The notes below the pieces were generated by a model. It saw only the letters and a list, made by a program, of their open reading frames with translations, was not told the origin of the DNA and made no database searches. From the NCBI GenBank assembly GCA_043228905.1, contig JBHGNT010000002.1, positions 14,322,001 through 14,386,000 on the forward strand: DNA of 64,000 nt, written 5' to 3'. Position numbers and translations under genes: made by a program. Of this stretch, positions 37,222 to 49,688 are shown piece after piece. Origin of the DNA: Azolla caroliniana. Taxonomy: Eukaryota > Plantae > Polypodiophyta. Each line of letters opens with the position of its first letter. Position 1 is the stretch's first letter.

Positions 37222-39627
37222 ATGCCCCTGCATCCGACTCGCTTTGCAAGAGTGAAGAAGAAGAAAGGCACCATCCGAGCCAGATTTTCTACAGCAGTTA
37301 AATCAGAAATACCGGTCGAAATATCTCTTCCCCCCAACTTCAAACAGGCCATTAACCTTCTTCTAGACGAAGAGAAAAAAGCAGACCTCTCAGTTTATTC
37401 ATACTTATTGGGTGAATGTAGCCGCCATCGACTCCTAAGTCATGGCAGAAGGGTCCATGCTCACATCGTCCGTAGCTCCTTGGACAGAAAGTTGTTCCTT
37501 GGAAACCTTCTCATCAAAATGTATGCTAAATGTGGTGATCTTGATGACTCTGTTTCAGTGTTCGAGAGGATGGCATCCAGAAATATTATCACATGGACCC
37601 TCATCATGGACGCATACATACAACACGGTAATCACAGAGAAGGAATGAATAAATACCAAGAAATGTATAAGGCCGGCATCAAGCCGAACAACATTACCAT
37701 GGTTAGCATCTTAAGTGCCACTTCATTGCATCAAGGTGAGGCCATCCATGCATCTGTCATTGAATATAGCTTTGATGTCAATGTTATACTTGGAACAGCT
37801 CTTATCAATATGTATAGTAAAAATGGTTGTATCAGAAGTGGTAGATGGGTTTTCGACAATATGGTCTCTAGAGATGTCATTGCATGGAATACCATTATTG
37901 CTTCCTATGTCCACGATGGAGAGTTTCATGAAGCAATTCAACTCTATCAACAGATGCAACATAGTAATGTGGACCCGAACAATGTCTCATTTGTAACCCT
38001 CCTGGGCATTTGTTGTGTCCTTACCTCTATTCAACGAGGATTGAGCTTGCATGCATATATCGTTGAATGTGGGTTTGATACCGATCTTTCAATCAATTCT
38101 ACTCTCGTCTCTATGTATGGAAAATGTCAGAGAATACCGGATGCACGATCTGTGTTCAACCAAAAAAATCCCCGAAATGTTGTTTTGTGGAATTCGATGA
38201 TGACTGTGTATGTAGAGAATGGGCAAGACATAGATTGCCTCTATCTTTATGAACAATTGGTTTCCATGGATGTGAAACCCAATGATGTCACCTTCATAAA
38301 TGCTCTTGGTGCCAGTGCATCCCTGGCATCCTTGCCTCATGGCATGGATATCCATTCAAAAGTGATTCGTTATAGCCTTGAATCTCAAGTTCTTCTGGGA
38401 ACGGCTCTCTTTAACATGTATGGGAAATGTGGGAGCATTAGAAATGCAAGGAAAATTTTCGATAATCTCTTTTTTCGAGATCTAGTCACATGGAATGCGA
38501 TGCTCTCAGTTTATGTTTTGAATGCCCTTGTGAAGGATGCTTTTTCCCTTTATGAACAAATGTCTGGAAGCAATGTGATACCAGACAAATTCACTTACAA
38601 TACAGTTCTTAGTGCTTGTTGTGGGGAATCAGACTTAGAACAAGGTCATCAAATCCATACTGATATTATCTTTTATGGGATTGAAATACAAGCTGGTATA
38701 GGCACTGGCCTCATTGGTATGTACAACAAATGTGGTAGTGTGGAGGCAGCAAGAAAAGAATTCGAAAGGCAACATTGTAAAGACTTAGCTCTGTGGAATA
38801 TCATGCTTGCAGGCTATGTTCAATCTAATATGGCGACCAAAGCAATTCAGCTGTATGTAGAGATGGTGGACAGCAAAATACATCCCAATGAATTTACATT
38901 CACCGCAGTTGTCTGTGCCTGCTCAACTTTGGCCAACTTGGCACAGGGTAAGGAAGTTCACATAGCGGTTGTGGATGGTGGGTATGAAACGGACAATGGC
39001 GTGCAAAATGCTCTGGTCCATATGTATAGCAAATGTGGCAACATGATTGATGCTTGGAATCTTTTCGAGAAACACTATAATCATCATGACATCATCTCAT
39101 GGAATGCTATGATTACAGGATATGCTCAACATGGCTATGGGAAGGAGGCCTTAGAGGTCTATCATAAAATGCTAAAACAAGGCATCAAGGCTAATGACAT
39201 CACCTTTGCAAGTATTTTCTCGGCATGTGCACATGTTGGCCTTGTTGACGATGGCTTAGAGTACTTCGATTCTATGAACCGAGTCCATGGCATAGTACCA
39301 TGTTTTGAGCATTATGCAGGTATCATCGATCTTTTTGGTAAAGTAGGGAGAGTTTCTGAAGCCAAGGAGTTTGTGAATCGGATTCCGATTCAGCCAGATG
39401 TTGTAATGTGGAAAGTTCTTCTTGGTTCTTGTAAGGTTCACAATGATGTAAAGCCAGGAAATTATGTGGCTGACTGGATTGTTGAGTTGGATCCAGAAAG
39501 CACATTAGCGTATGTGTTGCTTTCAAATATTTATGCATCCTATGAGGATGTGGAGAGGATTGAATTGGAAGTAGATGAGTTGGATTGTCTGTCCGAACCA
39601 TCTTTATGCCTACAAATGAAGTTATAA
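37222..39627 (+). CDS. PLS-class PPR protein with E domain (no DYW), single long ORF
   Basis: About 20 P/L/S repeats (MYxKCG, WNAMI), then HYAGIIDLFGK...WKVLLGSCKVH...YVLLSNIYA; start codon uncertain. Confidence 0.9.
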   Translation: MPLHPTRFARVKKKKGTIRARFSTAVKSEIPVEISLPPNFKQAINLLLDEEKKADLSVYSYLLGECSRHRLLSHGRRVHAHIVRSSLDRKLFLGNLLIKMYAKCGDLDDSVSVFERMASRNIITWTLIMDAYIQHGNHREGMNKYQEMYKAGIKPNNITMVSILSATSLHQGEAIHASVIEYSFDVNVILGTALINMYSKNGCIRSGRWVFDNMVSRDVIAWNTIIASYVHDGEFHEAIQLYQQMQHSNVDPNNVSFVTLLGICCVLTSIQRGLSLHAYIVECGFDTDLSINSTLVSMYGKCQRIPDARSVFNQKNPRNVVLWNSMMTVYVENGQDIDCLYLYEQLVSMDVKPNDVTFINALGASASLASLPHGMDIHSKVIRYSLESQVLLGTALFNMYGKCGSIRNARKIFDNLFFRDLVTWNAMLSVYVLNALVKDAFSLYEQMSGSNVIPDKFTYNTVLSACCGESDLEQGHQIHTDIIFYGIEIQAGIGTGLIGMYNKCGSVEAARKEFERQHCKDLALWNIMLAGYVQSNMATKAIQLYVEMVDSKIHPNEFTFTAVVCACSTLANLAQGKEVHIAVVDGGYETDNGVQNALVHMYSKCGNMIDAWNLFEKHYNHHDIISWNAMITGYAQHGYGKEALEVYHKMLKQGIKANDITFASIFSACAHVGLVDDGLEYFDSMNRVHGIVPCFEHYAGIIDLFGKVGRVSEAKEFVNRIPIQPDVVMWKVLLGSCKVHNDVKPGNYVADWIVELDPESTLAYVLLSNIYASYEDVERIELEVDELDCLSEPSLCLQMKL

Positions 39628-41240
39628 ATCATCGTTTTATTTTGTTAATACAATTTATATTCAAGATCGTTTCTCATGGTATCATCAATCTCGATAATCG
39701 AGATGAGATGTAAGACACGTCACCTCAAGCTACATGCTCTTCTTACCATTACCATATGCTGGCATATGGAGGTTTAGACAATTAGGGTGCGTGATTCTGT
39801 ACATACATTTTGAGCAGCTAAATTTGGCAACTTTTAAAGATCGAGGTTCATATCTGATACAATGATCTCAATTTGGAGAGTCTGTTCTTGAAATGTTTAG
39901 AGCATATTCTGACATTGGCATGCGAGAATGTCGCAAAATGCAATTGCTACAACAGGGTTCTCCATATCAACAATTTTCCGTAACATCCATAAACTCAACA
40001 TATAAGAAATGCCTTGGATCCATTTGGTATATTTTGAAAGCTAGCAACATACCATATGTCTAAATCCTTCTAAAATACCATACCCACACAAAGAGTTCTC
40101 TTCTGATTCTGTGTTCAATTTGTATACTACTTTGAGTATGTTCATTGGGATCTTGTCCGATTCCACATTTTAGGCCTATGGATTTTGTTCATCTAACAGT
40201 ATTCCCTCCCTTATCTTTGTCGAGCATTTTAATTTTATATGATATCCTTCGGTCAATAACAAGTGATTTTGGTTCCTCACAAAAACTTAAAAAATTGGCT
40301 TGTAGTGTCAATGTATTAAAGTGCATATAATTCTACCTGTCTAGAGTAAATATTCAAACAAATCTTGTGATAGTTAAAAGTTGCGTAGCATGCTTCTTTT
40401 TTGCTCTTACCTTACTGTGTAGAGCAACAACTCTTACCTCCTTTGTAGGGATGAAGCCTTATTTTTCATTGTGTCCCTCAAATTTCCTTATGATTTACCA
40501 TGCTTGCATTTGCCTCTCTTTGTTTCATAAAAGGCACTATTAGCATCGATGAACAAGAGGACATTAATCTTTGGTTTTTAGCCAACATAGGAGCACTAAG
40601 TATCAAATAATGTTATCCTATGTGATATCAGCATCGGGAAGATCAAACCCACATGCTCTCACAAATATAGATGTATGATCATGAGATGTTAATGTGTTCT
40701 TCTTGTTTGTTTGCATTGTAGAGCCACGACTTAGGTTTTTTTTCTCTATAATGGAGAGAGATTCTATCACTAGTCTAATATTTTTTCTAAGATGAGGAAC
40801 ATGTATGTGGTGGATCTATTTCTTGATCTACTTCAATGCGCTGTTTGATGCCCACCGTGACTGACGTGCCATAATTAAAGTGGTATGTTCATTTCACACG
40901 TTGAGATGACAAAACTTCTTGCTCCTTAGAACATTGTGTAATTTGTTGGGGTTTGATTGATGGATGATGATTCGTTGTGCCATTTGTGGAATTGTCATCT
41001 TGCTCCACAACATCATCCAATGGTATTATGCATACACATCACAATTTTGAGATTGTGTGTTAAAGCATTAGAAGAGAGGGGCCAGGGCTACCCACCCCTT
41101 TCTTTCACAAATATGTATGTACACACATATATACATACATACATATATGCTTGCTTGCAACACGTGTGTGTTTCAGCGCGCACACGCGTCTCAAAGAGAC
41201 GGAAGGGATGCTCCCTCTTCCCGCGTATTTTTATTTCAGC

Positions 41241-41283
<43 letters not shown>

Positions 41284-41421
41284 CGCGCGCCAACGGCCAT
41301 TTCGCTCCAAAACACACACACACAGACAGACAGACAGAAAGAAAGAAGATCCCACAGAGAAGAAGAAGAAGAAGAAGAAGCTCAAGAAGAAGCTCAAGAA
41401 GAAGAAGAAGAAGTAGGTGGG

Positions 41422-43626
41422 ATGGGGAGGCCGTGCGTGACAGAGTACGAACAGCAGAGAGAAGCTCGGCTCTTCGAGAATCGGAAACGCATGGAAGCTC
41501 TCGGTCTTCTGGACCTCTCTCGCTGTATCAGTAGTAACGCTGTCATCAAGGAATCCCCCACGCCTCTCCTCCAAGGCACTGCAATCCCTCCGCGGAAGAG
41601 ACAGAAAAGAGATCCTCCCCATCCTCCTTCAACTCTTCCTCCTTCAACTCTCCCCTCACGCAGATCATCCAGGTACGCACCGCACCCCATGTCCCTAGTC
41701 TATTTAAACCCTAAAAGTAGACTGTAACCGAGGAGTTACATAAATCCCAAAATTTGCCTTTAGCCCAAAGGATTTACCATATCATCAAGGCTCTTTGTTT
41801 TCATAGGCTTCTAGGAACTGCAGCGCCATGCTACAAAGAAATCGCGGTGACTGCTGTCAAAGATCTGTCCGATGAGGTTGTCGATTCGCGAATTCGGCAA
41901 CCTGAGATTTATACTGAAGAACATGAGAAACTACTTGGGCCCTGCGAACAAGATTGGGAGCTTTTTAAAGATGGCTTTGGACCTGATGGCAATCGTATCT
42001 ATGATTCTGCTATTGGAAAGACATGTCATCAATGCAGGTCTCATTTCTTCTATTTGTTTGCAAACCTTATGCACGTCTCTTCTTGGATTTCTACTGTTGT
42101 CCTTGGATTTCTTCTTGCTACATTTAAGATGTAGAGTTCACAGATTTTTTTTCTAGCCATGCCATTAATTAAATGCAGAGTCTTGTGAGCATCACAGATA
42201 TACATATGGGGTAGTTGTATATTTCCATAATGTGAAAGTAACCTCATGATTGTATCTTTGTTTGCTTGGTCTTGAATGGTATATGACAATGTTAGTTGGT
42301 GATGATCTCAGGCAAAAGACCTTAGGATTGCGTACTTCATGCAGTCAATGCCAGACGCTTCGCGGGCAATTTTGTGGTGATTGCCTATTTATGAGGTTAG
42401 ATATCGTTGTTCCAATATACATTGTTGGGCCTATGCATTGTGTGTGTTCATTAGGTTTATAATTGCAATACAAAACGGAATCAGATAAAAAGGTGTATTT
42501 GTTCATTTACTATTGGCAATATAAATTCGTAGGTATGGTGAGAATGTTCTCGAGGCGCAAAAAAACAAGGATTGGGTATGCCCTGGTTGTCGTGGAATAT
42601 GTAATTGCAGTTTTTGCCGGTTAAAGAAAGGCTGGGCACCAACTGGCTCAATGTATCGGCAGGTATGTGTGCTCATTTCTTTTTTGTATTGAATATTCAT
42701 TATTCCTGTTAATGAAGCATATTGGTAAACCTGTGTTCATGCTTCAATTTTTAGAAACTTGTGTAATTTAGTGCTAGAATTACAATCTAAACAAAGAGCC
42801 TATCCTGAGCAAAAACAGGAAATCTTTGATTTTTATTAACTCGTCCCCTTCCCGTTTTTGTCAGGCTCTACAGATGAATTATAAATCTGTGGCACACTAT
42901 CTTATAATGACAAGAAGGGGATCACAACCTGCAGAGGTAGCTGGAATCAAAACAAATGCAGAAGGGCAAGCAGATAGCCACATTGAATCCAGTGAAGATG
43001 AGAAGAAGATCAAAACAGAAGTCCTAGCCGATAAAGCAGAACAGAAGATTGAAAGCAAAGTGCTACCATATGAAGGTGAGCAGAAGAAGATTGAAGCCGA
43101 GTTGCCAAATGAAGGTATTCAGAAGATTGAAACCAGAGTTTTAATTGATGAAGATGAACAGAAGATTGCGAGCAACGTGTTGCCTGATGAAGTTGGGCAG
43201 AAGAAGATTGAAACTAACAAGTTGGCAGATAAAGGTTTACAGAAGATTGAAACCAGAGTTTTACTGGATGAAGAGGAACAGAAGATTGAAATTGAAATAT
43301 TTGTGGATGACGGTGAACCAAAGATTGGAACAGAAGTGTTACCAGACCTTGGTGGACTCAAGATTGAAAGGGAAGTAGTTGAAGATGTAAAGGAGACAAA
43401 ATTGAAGACAATTCAGACAGATATAACGAGCATCTACAAGCAAGTTAAGATGTTGAATCCAGAGATGTTACAGGGTTCAAACACCGTCAAAGTGCATGAG
43501 AAGAACGAGAAGCGTGACTCTGGAAGGGTGCAAAAGAAAAGAAAGAATGAAGGTAAAGGAGAGATCCAAGATGCTTGTAAGCAAATGCGAGTAACAAGAT
43601 CAAGGAGAGTCCAGATCTCAGCTTGA
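41422..43626 (+). CDS. CDCA7: CDCA7-like zf-4CXXC_R1 protein, 5 exons: 41422-41672, 41807-42037, 42312-42395, 42533-42662, 42865-43626
   Basis: YEQQREAR N-terminal motif; RIYD...GKTCHQCRQKT, CSQC, FCGDCLFMRYGE, WVCPGCRGICNCSFCR, GWAPTG, YKSVAHYL; GT-AG introns keep the frame. Confidence 0.9.
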
Positions 43627-43657
43627 CACTCCATTACGAGTTTTTTTTAAAAGTAAC

Positions 43658-43748
43658 TGATGAGCATAGCAGCTATGGTTAATGATAAACTAACCTTTGT
43701 TAAAGTAGCTCATGAGCATAGCAGCTATGGTTAATGATAAACTAACCT
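43658..43748. repeat. Short direct duplication in the CDCA7 3' flank
   Basis: ATGAGCATAGCAGCTATGGTTAATGATAAACTAACCT occurs twice. Confidence 0.85.
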
Positions 43749-44382
43749 CACTCGTATCAATCACCTTATGCTTAATTAACATGGTTCTCTTTATATATCC
43801 AACTCGTTTTTGATTGGTTCCCCCCCTCACAAAGGCCTTGTGTTGCTCTCTTAGTTAGCAAGATGTACACGTTATATTTTCGATCAATGTACATGATATG
43901 ATGCAATCGAAGCTGTCTTCATTTGTGCACCCCACTACCACGATTACTTGAATCTCATATACGAGCAATTAAGAATGTTTTGCAGTGTATTATTTAAAGT
44001 AGAGATGATAAACTATGTTTTTTAACAGTAAAAATGCCCATCAGGTAAGTATTGTAGGTATGCGGGTCACATTAGAAAAAAGCACATGATAAACGATTGA
44101 CGGTATGTAGCTTATTGTTGGTCGGCATGAGGAAGGCAATAGTTGGAATTGTTGGATCAATCATTTTGATGGCATAGCACACATGTACGATATTAACATA
44201 ATTTGCCATCACTGGTTATTGAAGTAGTATCAATCAATCTGGAAGTGTGTGTCTCCTTTTATATGATATAATGAATATGGTTGGTGATGGTACATGGGTT
44301 GATGTTGAATAATAATAAAGTAGTGATTTGATCAATCGTTTTTCTATTAACATGGATAGGAGCGGTGACTTATCTATTGTGT

Positions 44383-45849
44383 TTAACAAGCATTTGGTTT
44401 GATGGTTAGGGAATTGTGAGCAATATCAAATGAGAAAGAGAAACCTTGTTGTTGATAATTCCCGAGAATGGAGGAAGCAGTGCCAGATTTAATGGGTGCA
44501 AAAGCGAAACACACGGTGCCGGTGTCATCCATAGGGTAGAGCAAAGAGGCAGCGGGTGGTGTAAAGAGGAGACCATCCCCACCACTTCCACTACCCAAAG
44601 CAAACGTTACAGAAGGAATGGTGACTTTTGATCCAACCGTCAATTTGTAGCAAGTGTCAAAAAGACCTTGCCCAGCATCTGAAGGGGCGGGAGGAAGCTT
44701 GGTCGTGGCTCTTCTGAAAGCATCACGAACTTTGATGTAAATTGCCGAATCCAAACGTGTGATGACGGTGCCAGAGTCGATAATCAAGGAGCCACCACCT
44801 GAGGGCCCTATCACAGAGCGAGAGTTGACACGAAGAGAAGAGAGTGATACCTCATAGAAAGCCGAATTTGAAGACAGGAATTGCACTGCAGGCGTCGTCA
44901 CACTACGACCCTTGGCAATCCCGAATTCGAGGAATCCACTGGCACTGGTGGAGAACGGGGATGGTAGGCAGTAAGTAAAAATCCTCGATCGGGTCTGGGC
45001 TGGAAATGCGAGTGCGTTTCGACTGAATCCGAGCAATCCATCGAAACCATTGAAAAGCCCTTGATTATTAAGGCCACACCCGAAGGCATACGAGGGAATC
45101 CGTGCAGACCCAACCTTGAGTGTGTCTGTAGCAACGTTTCCCAATGTGAAAGAGCCATCCAAATATTGAATTCCATACTCACAAATATTGGTGCTTGTGC
45201 ATCCTGATGCCATCGTGCTTGCCACAGTCTTGCATAGGCGAGCATCACAAGGCACTGATTTGTACGAGGACGATCCAGACGGGTCGAAAATGGGCTCTTT
45301 TTGAGAGTAACAAGAGTTTGCACCACTGCAAGGTTTACATTGAGTCCATCCCAAATCACTACCCGTGTCGAGGACAACACGTAGTGCTTTTGTGGGTGTT
45401 CCTAACCCAACTTCCAATATGTAGTTTCCAGTTCCAATACTTGTCCCCGGTAGAATCCTAGTGTCTATCTGACTTGTTTGGCCTAATTTATTTAACATCA
45501 TCTTCACTCTAATCCCCTCTACTTTCTTCACATCCGCCAATACAAAACCCATAACCTTGGATGTAATAGACTCATTGAAAAATACCTTCTTATTATAATC
45601 ATCCTTGTAGTCATAGTATCTATGTTGGACCTTTACTCGTGTGCTCCCCTCCTCTATTACAACACCATCACGCTTCTCCACTTTTCCCTGCCCCCCCCAA
45701 TAATATCCGCCTGCCCCCCCCACCCTGTAATCATCATTACTCACCCTTCCCTCTCCACACTTCACCAGCAACAGCAACAGCAACATAAACAACACCCACA
45801 CCCACTCCCCTCCACCCATTCTTCTTACTCTCACCGCAACCACCTCCAT
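44383..45849 (-). CDS. Secreted A1-family aspartic protease (nepenthesin/AED1-like), intronless
   Basis: Signal peptide, DTGS and DSGT catalytic motifs, WTQCKPC, FGCG, ILGNYQQQ. Confidence 0.95.
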   Translation of the reverse strand: MEVVAVRVRRMGGGEWVWVLFMLLLLLLVKCGEGRVSNDDYRVGGAGGYYWGGQGKVEKRDGVVIEEGSTRVKVQHRYYDYKDDYNKKVFFNESITSKVMGFVLADVKKVEGIRVKMMLNKLGQTSQIDTRILPGTSIGTGNYILEVGLGTPTKALRVVLDTGSDLGWTQCKPCSGANSCYSQKEPIFDPSGSSSYKSVPCDARLCKTVASTMASGCTSTNICEYGIQYLDGSFTLGNVATDTLKVGSARIPSYAFGCGLNNQGLFNGFDGLLGFSRNALAFPAQTRSRIFTYCLPSPFSTSASGFLEFGIAKGRSVTTPAVQFLSSNSAFYEVSLSSLRVNSRSVIGPSGGGSLIIDSGTVITRLDSAIYIKVRDAFRRATTKLPPAPSDAGQGLFDTCYKLTVGSKVTIPSVTFALGSGSGGDGLLFTPPAASLLYPMDDTGTVCFAFAPIKSGTASSILGNYQQQGFSFSFDIAHNSLTIKPNAC

Positions 45850-46145
45850 CTCTTTCCTTCCTCTCTTCTGTATCTCCCTTCCTTCCTTCTTTTGCCTACT
45901 ACTACTACTACATCTACATCTACATCTACATCTACATCTACTCTTGCTTATTCATTCATTCAGTCAGTCATACACATGTCTCCCCCCCTCCCCTCCTTAT
46001 ATATCTATCTCCCTCTCCCTCCCTCCCTATTCCATCCATCCATGCAAACATACATAATTATGCACTCTCAATAATGTGAAGTAGTGTTAAGTTTCCTAAT
46101 CATTGACATTGTCTTGGCATGACGTTAGTTAATGTCCTTCCTCCT

Positions 46146-46188
<43 letters not shown>

Positions 46189-46765
46189 GCGCATGTGCAC
46201 TCGAAATAGTTTGACTAGATACTACAGTCTATAACTAAAAATGTCCACCACTGTAACTTAACACTGACATCCCCATGATTGGCTGCACCCCATTTCTTTA
46301 CTTTATCTATCCCCCACCCCCTCCTCCCTTTGGACATGGGTCTCGTATCCTCCTCAGTTACAAGTTACAACCTTTCGGTCATATCCTCCGTCTGTATGAA
46401 CTCTCAATTTCTTCTTCGCCCGTCTGCAACTTTAATATATTTTATTCAGTTTCCATTGAGAAATAGAGTCGAGTCTCCTTCATTGTTAAGGTAAAAGGTC
46501 GTTGTGGCTTTCCACAGGCCCAATAATAATAATAAGAATGTGGACTTTCCTTCCTTTTCCTCTCCTCTCCTCCCCCCGACCCCCCCCACCTGAACCGTCA
46601 CTCCACCAATCTACTCTTCTGACAGACCTTCCTCAAAAAGTACGCACATTATGTTGTCGGTGTCACATGCGAAACCAAACTGTCACTAGTTGGGAGTGAC
46701 GGATACGTTATAATTTCTTGGAGGTCCCTATGGAAATTCGCAATCTTTTGACCGAATGATACCCA

Positions 46766-46807
<42 letters not shown>

Positions 46808-47341
46808 AATGCCATGATACAAAAATACCCTCTCTCTCTCTCTCGCTCTATGTATGTATATTATTAGATATATTCACATATAAAAAAAACAATAATTAAG
46901 ATTTGAATTGGAAAATGATGTGCTAGCCAACTTCCTGACTCTTACGATCCATGGATGGATTGATGGTTGTCGTCACACGACATCAATAATTGTAGCATCC
47001 GTCTTCCACCCCTCCCTACAAATCCCACAGAGAAGACATTCAGAGAATGCCCATATTTCTTTTAGATTTAAACTTATTTTCCTCTTTAGTGGGAATACAA
47101 GCTATGCAATATGTATAGCAGCGACGATGGAGTAGCCAGCCATATCTTAATTGCATTTCCCTTCCTTTTTGAAAGACACACACACACCCATAATTTGGGC
47201 AGTGGCAGTCAAATTCGACCATTTTCTACTCAAATGTATGTCTTAATTCAGAATTTATGGTTGGGATTCGGGAAGCTTTAGAGGTGGAGGTGGTGGGAAC
47301 TCACAAAGCACAATCATTCCCATCAATCAATTTGTATTATG

Positions 47342-47388
47342 CCCCCCCCCCCCCCCCCCCCCCCTTTCCCCTTCCCCTTCCCCTTCCC
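47342..47388. repeat. Poly-C tract plus (CCCCTT)n
   Basis: Seen directly. Confidence 0.85.
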
Positions 47389-49688
47389 TCACGCCCGCGC
47401 TCGCTCTAACACTTTTCTGGTCTCTGGCTTTCTAGCTGCCTAGCTCCCTCCAGCGTGGTGCTTTAAACGACACCATCAAAAGTCGTAACCCTAATTAAGA
47501 GGATCCCGGGCTCACCACTCTTTACCATTATTGGGCCCATCCATCATATTCCATGGACGTTTGTGATCATTCCATCTCTCTCTCTCTCACTCTAATCGTA
47601 AAGTCAAGGCTAGCTTCCCCACCACATGCATGATGATGATGATGATGATGATGTACTAGTGTCAGTCACATCGAGGTGGGCCCTAGCTTTTAGCACTAAA
47701 CCATGCATACATATATATAGATATACATATGTACATGGATTGAACTTGAGCAGTTTTGCAAATAATAAAAATATCTAAAACTTCCTCCAAGAGGACTTCC
47801 CCCCCCCCCCCATCACACACCCGTATCCTGCTTGTTTGGATCGATCAAACAGGACATGCCATGCCGTTGTATTATTAATTGCCCATCATTTTATTAGAAT
47901 GCAGAGGCCATTGGGCAAAAGAGAAGATAAAGCAATCAGATTCTATGCTATGCTGTGTCTGTCATGCTCAGTAAGGTGTCCATCAACATAGGCAGGCATA
48001 TTTTTAACTACAGAGAAATTAAATTTGGTGGTAACGACGAACGTTATGGGTATCAGGTCCTTGAGTGGGCGGAATGCAAATCATCTATGTAAGTAGGCCA
48101 GGATGTGCATGAGGTCCGCGTTCTCGAAGTAGGCATGAGGTCCAAAAGAGTCATAATAACTGTATTCCCTTTTGTACAAGGTTGGATTGGCAAGATGTTT
48201 TATATACATACATATGTATAGAGTCTTATGAATCCGTTGGATCTATGATATGTATGCGCTGAAGTAACCGCCCACTGCAATTTTTTGGGCGAAAGTACTC
48301 AAAAATGCTCCTGAAAATGCTCAAAAGCATGTTGCTTTTTCACATACATACATACATCTTTTATTTGTGACCACTTTTATACAGCTATTAAATATGGTGT
48401 TAGACCATTTTTAAATTTCTTTTTCTTATGTTGATTATGCTCACTTCAAGGACACGTCAATATGCAATGCCCCCCTCCCTTCTCTATATCACATCTCCCT
48501 AACTCCAGTTGCCCACGATGAAAAATCATGATTGTCACCAAAACATGTTAAGAGCCAATTAGAACTTCTTCATACACCATAAACAATCTACTTCAATAAT
48601 GTCCCCTCGTATGTTTGAGTCTCTACTCTCGACTCTCACCTTGCAATGCGTTGTTTGCACTACCTATAACCATAGAGATTGACACATATGTGATATTCAT
48701 GATATTTGCCATGCGTGCTATTTGCAATATTTGAGAATAAGAAATGGCCCCAAGAATATTATAAAACCATTGTTTTTCAAAATAAATTTACATAATAAAA
48801 ATGAGTTAATTCAACAAAAAAACGAAGAATTAATTCACTAAAACATTTTATAACTGACTAATAATTAAATAATTGACTAAAACATTAATTGATTCACTAA
48901 TAATGAATTAATTAGGGTTTCAGCTGAAATTAGGGCATTTGGAGAGAAAAAAACATTGCACATAGGATCTCATGGGTTCTATCTATATAGGTATAGGACG
49001 TGAGTTGAACGTAATGTCTATTGGAAAAAAGGGTGCAAATGGCACTCAAATTTTGCTATTTTTCCGTATGCCCTTTGACTAAGCCTTTGTCAAGCAATTA
49101 TATTGTGTTATTTAAGCAGTTATGTGGTACCATTTCTCACATGATGTGTGCTATATGAGCGTACCATATGCACAAGAATCATCTATGGACAGGGGCCACA
49201 AACAATACAATGCAAACAATGCAATTGCACATCATACAATGAGTGACTCGTGAGGATAGTGTAAACTTGTATATGTTTTATTTCAAACAAAATGTTGAGT
49301 TCCTTGCATGTGAGGTTAATGAATAAAATTTGAAGTCCACAATATATATGGACAGGAGTCATCGCAACAGGTCATGCCAATGGTTAAAAATATCAACACT
49401 CACAAATATATCAAAGAGTTTGAGGTAGTAGCAATCTGAATCTACCAATGCACTATGTATTTCATCAAACTTGCACTTTCCCCAGTAGGTTGTTTGGCCT
49501 GCTGCTATGTGTGTATTGAAGATCTCCAATGACTTCATCATTAAAAATATATTTTCTCTACATTAATATACCAAGTAAAAATTGAAGGGTCTCCACATTA
49601 ATGTATGTGTGTATGGAAGATCCCCAACACTTTCATCATAAAAATATATATTCTCTACATTAATGTACAAGTAAAAATTGCATGGAGT

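Noticed and set aside
40957-41421. N-terminal extension of CDCA7 (HTHT, poly-E)
   Set aside because: Translated (CA)n and (GAA)n microsatellites of the promoter/5' UTR; the conserved start is ATG 41422
43656-43700. Hammerhead ribozyme (CTGATGA followed by hairpin CATAGC-A-GCTATG)
   Set aside because: No GAAA after stem II and no stem I/III pairing found; the second copy reads CTCATGA
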